Part shown: one piece after another, positions 1 to 12,470 of the stretch
Numbering within the stretch: the stretch's first letter is position 1
Layout: every line of letters starts with the position of its first letter
Source of the DNA: Ginkgo biloba
Taxonomy: Eukaryota; Plantae; Ginkgophyta
Assembly: GCA_024626585.2 (NCBI GenBank)
Contig: JANKJI020000004.1
Coordinates: 169,693,839 to 169,718,937 of the forward strand
DNA length: 25,099 nucleotides
Direction: 5' to 3'
Program-made: the position numbers and the translations under genes
Notes under the pieces: generated by a model
Databases searched by the model: none
Told to the model about the DNA's origin: nothing
Seen by the model: only the letters and a program-made list of their open reading frames with translations

Positions 1-986
1 TTTGCAAAAATTGAAGAGGTTTGTGGTCAGCATGCACAATAGTTTCTTCACCTAGAATATAATGTTTCTAATGCTTTACTGCTTAATGTAAATCATATAA
101 CTCCTTATTTTATGTTAGATAGTTTATGACTACTCCAAAAAAGGTTTTTGAATGATAAACAATCGACTTGCCTTGTTGCATCAAAATTGATTTAAGTGCA
201 TAACCTAACATGTGAACCTTAATCTCGAATGGCTTCTATAAATCTAGTACACCTAATGTAGAGGCTTCATATATATTTCTCTCTAAGATCTCAAATTCTT
301 CTTCTTGCACCTCCATCCACTAAAAAATCACTCCTACTTTGGCCAACGCATGTAAAGGTGCAATCAAAGACAAGAAGTGTGAGATGAATTTCCTCAAATA
401 CTATGAAGCTCCCATAAAAATATGTACCTCAATAAAATTGATCAATCTTATCCAATTTAAAATGGTTCAAACTTTGGTTGGTTCAATTCTCATCTCATCT
501 CCTCCAACAAAAAATCCTAAATACACTAACGACTATGTAGCAAACTCACATTTTTTAAGGTTTATTTGTAACTAGTTCTCTTTCAATTTTTCCAACAATC
601 AATTCTAAATGTTGAAGGTGTTCATCCCAGGTTTTGCTGGACACTAGGAAGTCATCAAGANNNNNNNNNNTAATGATAAAGTGATTGATGAATGGTCTGA
701 GGACTTTATTCATCAACCACTTAAAGGTAGCTAGCACATTACACAAAGCAAAAGGAAATACCGACCATTCAAATAGACCTTTCTTGGATTTAAATACAGT
801 CTTCCAAGTGTCTTCCTATTTTATTCTCATCTGATATTAATCAGACTTTAGATATATCTTTGTATAAAACTTATCCCCTTATAGATGATCTAATAGGTCA
901 TCAATCCTAGATAATGGATAGAATTTCTTCATTATAATATTATTGAGTTCCCAAAAATATACGCACATCCTCCATGACCTGTCCTT
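1..986 (-). mobile_element. Degenerate Ty3/gypsy (chromovirus-like) pol fragment: reverse transcriptase + RNase H
   Basis: Minus-strand translation with stops and frameshifts gives KDRSWRMCV..., YPLSRIDDLLDHL, EDTWKTVFKSKKGLFEW..PFALCN, [N gap]LDDFL..SKTWDEHLQHL (YxDD region). RNase H motifs follow: KPFEI, NKELY, KHYILG, HADHKPLQFL. Confidence 0.92.
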
Positions 987-990
987 ATGC

Positions 991-1590
991 AATCTTTAAA
1001 GATAATTCTTTTGGCTAGAATATAATTTAATATAAAGTGATCTATAAGGGAATGTTCTCTATGCTGTGTGTCCAAGCTTATTAATCATAATATTAAAAAA
1101 TACCAACCATTTTAGGCATTGATTAGACCTTAGGAATTTATTTTGATGGACTTTTTACAGTGCTTACCAAGTATACAACAAGATCATAAATACATTTTTA
1201 TTACAGTGGATTCATTTTCTAAGATGGATATGTTAATGAAAATTCAAGTATCATAATTATCCCATAATTATGTTCTTATTTAATCATGTTTAGGTTCACT
1301 TTGGAGATTAACTTCCTTAATAATTTCTAATTTTGTTGGTATATTTATTTTTGGGAAGGTTTATGGTGCATGATAAATACCACATTGAAGAGGTAAAATG
1401 TTTTCTATCCCTTAACAAATGGACATACAAGAATTGACAACTAAACTATAATGCATAAATTGAGAATTTATAATTCTTAGCATCCAAAGACATAGGAAAA
1501 TATTCTATATATTTGACACACTTATATTAGGAAAGTTAATGGTTTCTTTAGGATTTCTCCCTTTAAGGTTTGTTATGGATATTTGTGTTT
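991..1590 (+). mobile_element. Degenerate Ty3/gypsy integrase fragment (C-terminal half of zinc finger + catalytic core)
   Basis: Plus-strand translation gives ..FFW..IRECSLCC (CxxC), LMDFLQCLP, TVDSFSKM, VHFG, FYPLTNGHT (cf. HPQTDGQTE) and ISPFKVCYG. Many stops and frameshifts. Confidence 0.85.
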
Positions 1591-1964
1591 TTCTTAATGA
1601 GCTAATAAGTATTTAAGGACTTAATAAGATGTTTTACATTAGAGACTAGTAGGGATTATGATCCTAAGAAGGCTTAGTACATTAGAAGGGAGGTAATAAG
1701 GCCTTAAGTTTCTAGTGGGGGATATGACCCAAAGGTTAATTTGTGAGGATAAGTATATCCTATATATTTAGGATTTTTTACTCATATGAGGTTTTCTCTT
1801 AAGTGGAACTCACATGAACCATTCAAAATTATAAAAGTACTTTGTACATGGATAATCATGATGGATGGATGGATGATCATATATTTAGATAATCATGCAT
1901 AATTATGGACCATGAATCATATATTTAAGAGATCCTTGGATGATTATTTTATTATTTACTAGTT

Positions 1965-2299
1965 CATCAATTCCTCTCCTCTAAGGGAGCAATGGACCTA
2001 ATTTCTTACATCTCCTTTTTAAGGTAAAATTTTGGTCCTGACATGGTCTTAATCTTGTTCTTAGCAAGTGGTTTTGAATATGATTCCTCATATTCTTTTT
2101 CCTTAAGTTTAAAGGGTCTTCCTTTGATTTTCTTTTAATGGAGGTATGTACTTTACTTGCTTCACTAAATTTGTAACTTTCTCTCTTCCATAGTATTCCT
2201 TAGTTGGTGCCTTCATTTCAATGACCAACTCCTTTATCACACCTTCAAACAAGAAAAATCTATGGTCCTTTTCTTAAGATGATAGGGTAGGAGTTATTC
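1965..2299 (-). mobile_element. 3' internal end of a CRM-like LTR element (PPT + TGATG LTR start)
   Basis: The minus strand reads GGTCCATTGCTCCCTTAGAGGAGAGGAAT-TGATG. This matches the junction at 17078-17111 (GGTCCATTTCTTCCCAAGAACGAAGGAAT-TGATG). Confidence 0.5.
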
Positions 2300-2399
2300 N
2301 NNNNNNNNNNNNNNNNNNNNNNNNNNNNNNNNNNNNNNNNNNNNNNNNNNNNNNNNNNNNNNNNNNNNNNNNNNNNNNNNNNNNNNNNNNNNNNNNNNN

Positions 2400-2562
2400 C
2401 TTTGATTATTGTCCAATTGTTGTCTTGAAGCATGTGTGAATCTTTGCTTGGATTCTTGTCCATAATGTGGAAGGATGGTGTATAGATATTATAGACCAAT
2501 TATATTGTTGTATAGAAAATCTTTGGATGTTGTGCAGGTACTGGTGACTTTAACAGATATGT
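2400..2562 (+). repeat. Dispersed repeat (probable LTR-element sequence), homologous to 15958-16121
   Basis: Direct by-eye alignment, e.g. tttgattattgtccaatt..gaagcatgtgtgaatctttgcttggattcttgtccataatgtggaagga occurs in both places. Confidence 0.85.
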
Positions 2563-3444
2563 GCAAAGGATTATCTCAAACTACGTGCTTCAGTCCATCA
2601 ACTTCTAGGTTTTTGGTTTAATTTTTAGCTTCTGATAGAGCGCACCATGGAAGTGGGTGCATTTCCATGGTACTGTGGATCTGCATTGTGCATTTATGTA
2701 GTATCCAACTATAACTACATGCAATTCCATTATATTACAGGGATAGGCCATACAAAAGAGAAGATAGACTGTACAAAAGGGCATAGCTAGTTTGCATTAA
2801 GAAGAAGAGAATTAGAAAATTATAATATTTGAGTACTCCCTTGGTTTGACACCAAATCGCTTCCACAATGTGCATGAGGGTCATTCCCTCATACTCCTAC
2901 CAAGAAGGTACATCAGGTCTTAATTATCTCAATCATCCCAACTAATGAGAAGGTTATAAGGAGATAAAAATAACTAAGAAGGAAGCTTATTCAAATAAGG
3001 ATCACGTGCTATCAATTCTTGTGAATTCAAGCCCCTTTCGAGCCTATAATTAATAACTTAAGGGACCTCCTTTATAGTACTAAGACATATCCCTAAGAGG
3101 GTGCTCAGGGAATTTTCCAGTATATTTCCTTACCAACTTTATACCTTGCTCCATTACCCTATACAGGTAGTGGATTATTTTGATATTTTCATCCACTTAT
3201 TTTATTGTTTAATTTTAAATTTTATGCAACTCATTGTGATTACTTTGTACAATGTAAATATTTAAAGTGTTGCATATTTTTATCTTTTGTATTTGATTTC
3301 TTTGTATATTAAATATCTAAGGGAACCACCCCTAACAATAGTAGAGGGATTTTGACTCCCGTGTTTATCTTGATTTTGTGTCTTCCTCACCTTAGGCTTT
3401 GTAGTCACACATTTATTTGCCAAGAAATATAAAATATAGTCAAC

Positions 3445-3700
3445 AAGTACCTCCTTTTGAATTACTTATCCCCTTTATTAAGTTAGGACACTGGATTATC
3501 CTTGGCAATGTCAACAATGTATGAAAATTATTCTTTATAAATTATTTCTTGAATTTTTCTTCAGTCTTTAACAACTTCAAATCCTTAAAAATATTTATTG
3601 AAGCATCATAATACATGACTATCATAATCCATTGTGAGCTTGTTGAACATCTCCATCTTTTCTAAAAATATTTCTTCACACAATTTTACTACTATTTTCT
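3445..3700 (-). pseudogene. Fragment of TE accessory ORF, same family as the remnant ending at 25099
   Basis: Minus TLPRIIQCPNLIKGISNSKG vs PTSII*CTNLIKDIINSKSG at ~25020-25078. Nucleotide similarity is visible (ataatccagtgtcctaacttaataaagg vs ataatctagtgtactaacttgataaagg). Confidence 0.55.
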
Positions 3701-6700
3701 AATTTAATTGACCACCTCTACACACCTAAGTTAGGTCAAATTTTGAATTTTATATTTTTGAACCTTTAGAGTTCAACAGATAGGGTTTTCACCAAGGAAC
3801 ACCTTATAAGTCTCGAGCATTGAGTACTTGATAAGAAGTCTCGACTATTAAACTCTGCACTTTAGAATTGAATAATGTTACACCTATTCATAACCCTGAT
3901 ACCTACCTACCTAAAAATTAAATAAAGGATCATTCACACTCCATTAGATTTTGGAACTTGGGAATTAAAAGGAAAGCGTGATGCACCTTGTTGGGACATT
4001 ATAAATCTACATACCCAAAATCAGATAAAGCACAATTTAGTGCATTTTAGAGATTGAAGATTTTTAAATGAAAATCGCTCAACACCCTTCGTAAATAGTC
4101 CAAAGTGAACGGACCCTAATTGAATTAAATAGAGTTTGGGATTATTGGGATTCTAAAAATCTAAAATCTTAAAAAGATAAAATACAAATCAATTTCAAAC
4201 GGTTCAATTGCTTCTCAGGCAATCATGAAATTGAAAGGGGAAGTAAAAAGAAAAGATGAAAGTAAAGGATAAGGAGAACATAGTAATAGAGAAAAAGAGA
4301 AGCTGGAATAGATTTCTGACCATCAAGAAGAGAGTGTGCGAGAGACCATTGAAGGTTGAAAAGCTCCATACCAATTGTTGAATGTTTATTTTATTGGGTA
4401 AATCTATGTAGATTGCATCCAATGAATAGATCCATAAGCATAATTTTTTGTAAATTGTTCTTATTGAAGGGCTAAATACCATTATGGAGTTTTTTATTCT
4501 CCAAGAGGGTTTTCTCGAGTTTAAAACTTTGTTGTGTTTGTGTAAGAATATTATGTGTGCCCAACTTTTGTATTTTCTCTTGAATTTTTTATAGATTCAA
4601 GTTGATAGAATTACATGCATGTTCATACACATAATTTTATTATTTTTGTTGAAGTAAATTGAAAATAAGAATCCATAGTTATTTTCATTTGGAGATTTTG
4701 ACTCACCCACTAAAATATAGATCAAATGAGGATAATATGTGGTGCATGAACATAGATGTTAGAGTTATCAATAAATATAACTTAATAAGTGATTCCCTAG
4801 AAGGATTAATACTTTATTAAAATAATGTTCAATTTCTTTTTAAAGTTGATTTTGAATTTAGATACCATCAAGTTCAGATTAGGGAAGATGGTACTTGGAA
4901 AGGTGCCTGAAGTAAGGAAAGGGTTCTACAAGTTTGCGTTTAGATTGATTAATGCACTAATGACCTTTATGAGGTCAATGAATGAATTTATATTTACTTT
5001 AAGGAATCATATATTTTGTATGAGTCTAAAATTTTGGCATGTCATTTTAGTGATATAATTCAAAATATTAAAACTTAGCAAATGGTTGACCAAGTTTCTT
5101 ATGTTTTTATGTATTATTAACCAAAATTTTAAAAATGTTTCAAATGAAATTATTTTATGATGTACAAATTGAGTCTAGACTTCATTTTTTAATTAACTAA
5201 TAATTTTTTGGAAAAAAAATAAATAATAAGCATTAACTACTAAATATATACCTGGTTATCAAGTTTGTCAATATTCCCTTTCACATTGAATACCTTTTAC
5301 TTACTTATCCCTATTCTTATCCCCTCTTTTCTTGTATTGTCTTATAATTTTAAAGAGAAATTAAAAAAATAAATACTTCAAAAATAAAGTAAACTAAAAT
5401 AATGGGAATTTATCACTCCATCATACCATTAAATAACTTCCCTAAAACATAATACAAAAATATTTAAAGATCATTAAATTAAACTCACTTAATGAATCTT
5501 GAGTAATTGGTGGAAGCTACCACTCTTGAAAATAGACTTTATTATGAGATAAGGAAAACATGGATGTTAAGGAAATAACAAAGTCCAAACTTATATATAT
5601 CAAGATGCTTGGCCAAGCTTATATAATGACAAGTTTATTTGAACCGGTAATTAAAATATTCATCCATATATATGATATTGGCAAGGTTATAATTTGGAAA
5701 AAGTATGTTTCAACAAAGTATTTAACTCATGATTTTGAATAGTTTATGTATGTTATATTTTTTAATATTAAAATAATTTTAAATAATTTATATAAACATA
5801 TTTATTCTTTTATTTGTCTATTTAATTTTGAGATATTTGTAAATATGCATTGAATTAGAATGGGGATATTCTAAAAAGAAACTAATAGAATGATAGACGA
5901 ACCTATATGAAGGAACAAATATAAATTTTTAAACCTATAACCAAAATTATCTCATAAACTAATTTGTCATAATTAAAAGAAGAACAAGAACAAGAGGAAG
6001 GAAATATTCATAACATGAATAGAATAATTATTTTATAAAACCATATATATTCTAATATGTAAGTTAAAGGACTCCTAAATATTATGCCAAAATATAATTA
6101 TTTATAATATATTACATTAATACATTTACAGAGAAACTTGTAACAATAAAAAGATAGATATACAATCCCTCTAAAGGAAATCATGAAAAATATAATTAGA
6201 ACAAGTTAACAAATTGATCAAATAATTGTTAAATCTAAGACTAGAAAAATTTCTTCCTATAAAATGGATATAAAGGTATATTAATCATCTTTAAGAGAAT
6301 AAATCAAAATAATCTTATAAATTATGATATAATATCCATAATCCATCTAATGGCTAGGTTTTCAGGGTTGATTAAACAAAAGAGTTGAAGGACATGTAGA
6401 ATTTATAGCATTCCACTTATAGTTGAGCACCCAAACAACTAATGTTAAATGAAAAAAATAAATATTGCAAGGAAGATATATTATATTATTTTATAGGTTC
6501 CAAAATTCAGCCATTCAACACATCCCTTATAATATAATTTTAGAAAAAATGGAGCATGAAGACATACCAAAAAACTTAAGTGTCACAATAAAATGGTGGT
6601 GACAAAAATAAAATAAGAAAAGTGATGGTCTAAGGATATAAAAAGTAATATTAGAATCAAATAACGATGCCCTTTATTCCATACATAATTTAGCTTATAT

Positions 6701-6845
6701 TAAGAAAAAATTGAATAATGTTAAGTCGAGGAAGGTTGTATAGAAATTCAATTTAAGAATATAATCATAATGCTTATGCTACATGAGAATGGCATAATCA
6801 TATTAATTTGGAACATTATGATTTCTACGATTAAGGTAGAAGGGG

Positions 6846-6872
6846 TGTTGAAAGGTCCCCAAACCTTCAACA
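6846..6872 (-). other. Stem-loop near the probable 3' terminus of the element carrying the 7026-8191 ORF
   Basis: Inverted repeat TGTTGAA(A)GGT-ccccaa-ACCTTCAACA, ~155 nt downstream of the ORF stop. Confidence 0.55.
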
Positions 6873-7025
6873 AAATTATAGACAAGGGAACTTCAAGAGT
6901 TTTGCTACAAAAGACTATGCTAAAAGCCAAAATTTAAAACATTAGCTACTAAAGAAATTACAACACACTATCGATAAGATTGTAACACCAACATGAAATC
7001 CTAAAAGGAAAAAAGGCCACACTAG

Positions 7026-8191
7026 TCAGGGTCCCTCAGAATTCAACTCCTTCAGTATGTTCATGACTTCCTTCAGATAATTAGCAATTTCCAGCTCCAA
7101 CATGTTGATATAGGCACAAGTGTTATTCAATGATCCCCCCAACCCATTTAAAATTTTCAAATGACTCTTAACCTCCTTTATAACATTCTGGGTATTACAG
7201 GAGACCTTAATTGAATCCTTGATCTCCTCTAAGGGATTCGAAGGTTTCCTGCTTTTTCCAAAATCTACAGGATTGATAGCATCCTTTTCCACCTTTTCAT
7301 CTTTAAAAGTACCAACATAATCAATTATCTTCACTTTTTCAGCAAACTTCTTTTGAAACCTAGAAGAGTGCCTATTGCACTTTGTTAGATTGGTGGCCAA
7401 AACCTGAGGAGAAAGCTTCCGCCTGTGACTATCATCTATTTTCCCTGTAGACCCACCAGCATCCTCACTAGGGCTATCCTCCTCCTCTAAAGCATAAGAA
7501 ATAACATTTAGCTTTGGAGCCAAGGATGCAGGACCCCGAAGAAGATGGGCTTTTGAAATAGGGGTGTCACTGATCCTGACCAGGTTTTCTTTTAACAACA
7601 AGGTTACCGAAATAGTTCTAGCCCTCTCAAATTGGAACAAAAGCTTCAAGAGACCTTGATTCAAGGGAAGTTTTCCTTTGCCTGATTTAACAGACTTAAT
7701 AGATTTTTCAATCGACTTCATAAGGAAGAACGACACATTTATCTTCACATTATTCCAAATGGAATTAAGAATGGTAATGTGATAACCAAAAATCTTGCGA
7801 TACTTACCTTCAAGGGTCAAGTACTTCATGACTTGAATGACCACCCTATCCTAAGGATTTGGTAAAGACTCTTTAGTGATAGTCGATTGCAACCAATAGA
7901 ATGTCTCATCGTCCCTTACAAACTTAGACAACTGCTCCACCTGATTCATTTTCTCCTTGCATACCACTTCCCCTTGATACCTCTAAAATCAAGCACTCTG
8001 AATTAGTAAATTTCAAGCCATCAACCTTAACTCCCTTCATTCTAAGTTTTAGCTACTTGCAAAGAAATAGACTCGCTGAAGCCTATGAATTTTAAAAAAA
8101 ACTCAAGTAGGCCTATCTTATCTAACAACTCCTTCACATCATCTTCCATTTTAAGCACAGACGGTTCGGTCATGACAGGCTCCCCTCCCAT
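7026..8191 (-). pseudogene. Decayed retroelement accessory ORF (MGGEPVMTEP...KYLTLEGKY...NQGLLKLL)
   Basis: ATG at 8191 gives MGGEPVMTEPSVLKMEDDVKELLDKIGLLEFF. Frameshifts and stops then lead into the 272-aa ORF 7844-7026. The motif string (MGGxP, KYxTxEGRY, NxPFFL, HQGLxKLL) recalls TE-associated hypothetical proteins of gymnosperms (recollection, not searched). Confidence 0.6.
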
Positions 8192-10564
8192 AATGTTGAC
8201 GGAAGAATTTATCAACCTGGTAATAGAGTTATCTACCCAAGAGCCTCTATAAGAGATAACATTGAGAGAAAAAAGGAAGTCTTCTCAAACCTCCTGACCT
8301 AAGATCCAATTGTGCCTACCATGCAAACTAAGACACAATCCTTTGACAGTGAGGGCGGGATCATCCCTTCACCAATAATGATTTTGGAGGGTCCATCAAT
8401 CAAGTCATCCAAGTGGACATTTAAAAATAATACCCTAGCATCGATAAAAACGTTCCTCTTTACTATGTATATTTTCGTCTGCCAGATTTGGAGCATTATG
8501 ATTATCCCTAAATAATTAGAAGCTTTTATAAAGGTTCCACTTCGAATGTAATCTCGAATAAGTGTAAGCAAAATAAAACTTTTGTTAATTTGATCGAAGA
8601 GTGATGTATCCAATAAACCCTTACAAAAGAAGAATAAATAAATAAGTCAAAACATATAAGAATATTAGGTATGGTTATTGAAAAAATCTTAATTGATATA
8701 TTTGAATGGAAAATGGTTGAATAAAGGATGAAAGGATTTCTTTAAACTTTAAAATATATGTAAATTATAACATTTTAGCCAAAAGAAAAGGGATTTTTTG
8801 GGGGGGGATATCTTAGTGCCATTGAATATCCTTGATAACTACTGATGTATGGGGACAAACACTTCATTTAAAACTTGAAAGAAATAGGTTATTTTTCCTT
8901 TGAAAATCCATAGTTGAATATTAAAGGATAGATTATGTATGACTCTACAAGCATTTTGGAAAATTAATTTTATTACAACATAATGACATCTAATACTACT
9001 AGAAAAATTATAAGCCTATTACACATATTTCAAAATAAAACTATTACTAAAATAACCCAAATATCAACAAAGATTACATTGGTCAATGACTATAATAAAT
9101 ATATGTGAGATATTTTCTCCTTCAATACTGTTGTAGATTATTGGTTTAAACTTATGTTTAGGTGATGTCCATTATAGAATACGCCACTTCTTGCTTTCTT
9201 TTAAGCATGGCACTAGAAGTGAAAAAGATCAAAACACTCTTCAAATTTGAGAAAGTTTTTTATGCAAATTGGCAAAGCCCATAGAATAATCAAGTAAAAT
9301 CGTACTAACACTATAATCTAAATCTACGAAAATAAAACCAATCCTAACTCCCTGCACCCTTTCAAAGTCTACTAAATATCGTACCATTTATAATACTTAT
9401 ACTAGCTTAATATTTACATCTCTTAGTATATTCCCCAATCCATTGCTCGATCCACACTAACACTAATAAGAGAGAATGCAAGAAGAATTCTTTTTTATTG
9501 TGTAAAATAAAATGAACTCAAAATTAATTTACATTGACTATGATAATAGTAAAATCAAACTTCCCTTCCCTATTCTCCTTCTAGAAGTTATCTTGATTCC
9601 TCTAGAAGACAATGCAAATAACAAAATAAGTAATATATAATACAAAGATGAGGGAAAAAGAAAGAACAACTTAGCATGACACATCCTCAAATTGTTAAAA
9701 TCGCCTACTTAAGGTTAAAGTAAAGGTGGATCAAGCTTAATATGCATTGATTAAACTTTAGAGCATCTAAAATAAATGAACTCCTGAAAGACCAAATGAA
9801 ACCAAGAATTTACATAGACATTACCTTATTAAGTAAATTATAGGGGACTAAATGCTATCATAGATTAAAAAAAATAACACTTAAAGAGATCATCAATGAT
9901 GACTTGAATTTGCAATATTCTTTGGAGAAAGTATTAAGCATACATAAGAAACAAAACATGCCTAAAATTGAGACAAACTTATGGAGCAAAACAAGAAGAC
10001 ATAAGACCCTACCATCTTATTATGGTTAGGAATTCGAACGTGCTAATTATTCAACATATGTGACTTTTATAAAGTTCCCTACTAATATAAACACATAACT
10101 AGATGACATACAAAATTAAACATTGTAACAAACTCTTAGACCACTTATCCCTGTCGAAGAAGTGGATAGGGTTTGTCTAGTGCAATAATAGAGAAAGTGG
10201 ATAAGATAGTTGATGTATACAATTTTGGTATTGATGTGGTACTTTGATTTTTAGCATCAACTTAGGGCAAGCCCCACTTTTTTACACAACTCCTCTACTC
10301 TAGGCAATGGAGTAATTTTGGCGTATAAATTTTAAGTTGTGTATGTATATGTGCATACATACTTGTTTTGAATATTAACATACCAATGCAAATCATTTAA
10401 AAATAAAATTAAAGCAGAAAGCATAGTAACACTACTAAATAATGAATCTTATAAAGGTGTCGTAGATATATTTGTTCTTTGAGGATGTGTAAATAATACA
10501 ATAGAATAGAATAAGATCCCTAGTCTTTGAAGGTGCCCAAAGACAACGAATGGGTTGATATTTG

Positions 10565-11754
10565 TTAATGACTAATGAGCTTATGAGCAACAAACATAGC
10601 AATAGAGGAGAATAGAATAGAGAACATTATTTTAGGTTTAGAGAAGAATGAAAAGCAGCGAAAGCGTTCTTCCTCGTATTTTTCGTCATTAACATCTTTC
10701 GTGTTGGGATGGATTATTTCTTCTTCTTCTGATTCTCCTTCATCATGAACTTTGCAGCATTCTTCTTCTTCTTCTGGAGTCGGCGGTGGTTGCATTGCAT
10801 TCTGTTGTATTGGTTCTGCATGCGACCCAGTATTGCAAGCAGAAGCAGGAATATCATCTTCGCCTTTCTCCTCCGTTGTTTGAGAGCCGAAGCCCTGCAC
10901 ATTATATCTCTCAGCTTCCTGCACCTCATTCGGAGCTTCTTCTGAATGTGACACGCGTTTATCTGAATCTTCTGGTCTTTGGAATGCTTCATCATCCTCT
11001 GCATTAATAATAGAAGGTAATCTGCTCTCTTCTGGAGGCTCACGATGAGATGGAGTTGGCTCAGAACACTGTTCTACCAGGCAATGTGTCTTCTCCGGCA
11101 TTTGGGCAATGGTCGATGGACATTCTTCTGCAGTTTTATCTTCCGCTGGAGTTTCCGAGTTGCAATTACTTGCAGGCAGTGTGATTCCGTCATCTACTAT
11201 ATTTTCAGTGGACAGTGTTTGATCTCGACCATGATCATTAACAGACTCGTCCAGATACTCTTCTTCTGGATTCTCCAGCAAGCTTTGGGTACCTGTAGGA
11301 ATTGCATCCATTGATGCAATTTCCTCAGGAGGGACATCCATTGATGTTGGGATATCACGATCATCGTGACCTTCAATGGCATTCAATCTATTCTCATGAG
11401 CTCCGATCGTTTCCTCTGGAGTTGATTCTGATCTTTCAGGCAGACTTTCCATTGTATGAATATCCCCTTCCTGTGTGTGCTGATCAGAAGAAGACCCAAT
11501 ATCAAATGTGACTCTGCTACGCCTGAATTTGGGCATGATGACTTGCAATACACCGTCCTGAAAGCTGGCAGTGACGGCACCAAAGTTGACATTGTGGGGA
11601 ATTCTGAGAGGCCTTCTGAAACTTCGACCAGCTGAGGGCTCCATCAGGTGCCATCTCCACTCCACCATTCCCATTTCTTCAAAACATCTCTTCCCGCGTA
11701 TTACCAGAGTCCGCCTGCTATCGATCTCCACCCTCAGATCTTCTCCCCTAAGAC
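10565..11754 (-). CDS. HSP20/alpha-crystallin-domain protein, exon 2; 443 aa in total, acidic linker + C-terminal TM (RTM2-like architecture)
   Basis: A 118-nt GT-AG intron (11872-11755) has only one nearby in-frame acceptor, GAAG|GT. It yields GLRGEDLRVEIDSRRTLVIRG..WHLMEPSAGRSFRRPLRIPHNV..ASFQDGVLQVIMPK (ACD), then a ~290-aa E/D/S/P/T-rich region and a hydrophobic tail IMFSILFSSIAMFVAHKLISH*. The ORF is uninterrupted and retains CpG. Confidence 0.92.
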
Positions 11755-11872
11755 CTTCACACCATAGTTTGAACAACTTTCTCTAGTTTGTGAGATGTAT
11801 AATTTCCAAAGCACATAACCAGAAGCAAATATTCAAACAATTAATATTTGAATTAACTTTATGTATCATTAC

Positions 11873-12014
11873 CTGAGAGATGATGAGCGAGGAGAGTACA
11901 GGAGTGTGACGTTTCGCTCCATTCAATGCAAGGATGAAGCCCACGATCTTCCATCAAATGTGCAATGCATTGCTGTCTGTTGTGTGTAATGCTGAGTGCT
12001 AAGCTGACATCCAT
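11873..12014 (-). CDS. HSP20/alpha-crystallin-domain protein, exon 1 (MDVSLALSITHNRQQCIAHLMEDRGLHPCIEWSETSHSCTLLAHHLS-G)
   Basis: Open frame from ATG 12014 to a CAG|GTAATG donor (phase 1). IEWSETSHSCTLLAHHLSG corresponds to sHSP beta2-beta3 (VDWKETPEAHVFKADLPG). An alternative in-frame ATG exists at codon 21. Confidence 0.85.
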
Positions 12015-12106
12015 ATCCTCAAAACACGAACTCAATAAATTAGTCTTCGGCGCAAAGAGACAAAATCAGTCGCAATGAAAACAGCGTTTTTTTTGGGCAA
12101 AACTTG

Positions 12107-12149
12107 AATAGCAATAACAATTGTGTAGATATTATGCTTTCAGGTAGGG

Positions 12150-12180
<31 letters not shown>

Positions 12181-12431
12181 CTTTATCAGAGGCGAAGATT
12201 CCATGCTTGGGCTGATGCAGTATTTACTTTCTGTTCTTTCGGTAGACGAATTTCGTGTATGGAGGGTAAAATACGAAAACAATAACAATAACAATTGTGT
12301 AGATTTTATGATTTCAGGTAGGTTCGTGTATATATATAGGTAGGCAAAGATTCCATGCTGAGCTAATGGAGTATTTACTTTCTGTTCTTTCGGTAGACGA
12401 ATTTCGTGCATGGAGGGTAAAATACGAAAAC
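12107..12431. repeat. Tandem duplication (174 + 151 bp units) in the HSP20-like upstream region
   Basis: Units 12107-12280 and 12281-12431 share aataacaattgtgtagat...tatttactttctgttctttcggtagacgaatttcgtg.atggagggtaaaatacgaaaac. Confidence 0.95.
12155..12180. repeat. (TA)13 microsatellite, possible TATA element of the HSP20-like gene
   Basis: Perfect TA repeat ~140-165 nt upstream of ATG 12014. The TATA role is inferred. Confidence 0.85.
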
Positions 12432-12470
12432 TTGGAGTGGAAGAGAATTAACTCGAATCATATAATTGTG

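Noticed and set aside
1706-1730. PPT + LTR start for the plus-strand integrase element (tagtgggggata-TGACCC)
   Set aside because: Plausible, but too degenerate, with no second LTR to confirm.
4100-4725. Possible solo LTR (ccaagagggttttctc, tgactcaccc..gatca)
   Set aside because: There is LTR-like texture, but I could not define termini, TSD or PBS.
11755-11776. ORF-track start MFKLWCE for the 403-aa ORF
   Set aside because: It is a TTG start inside the intron; the ACD N-terminal strands are supplied by exon 1.
10714-11786. Multiple short overlapping/antisense ORFs
   Set aside because: Shadow frames of the HSP20-like exon 2.
12193-12202. Full heat-shock element
   Set aside because: Only two nGAAn units are present; I saw no three-unit HSE, so heat inducibility is not supported.
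12040-12411. ORFs at 12040-12411, 12104-12343 and the similar 19705-19902 as a small-protein family
   Set aside because: They run through microsatellites, and the similarity comes from the non-coding duplication.
12107-12431. CRISPR-like or prokaryotic defence array
   Set aside because: The context is eukaryotic and intron-containing, with only two long units and no repeat-spacer structure or cas genes.
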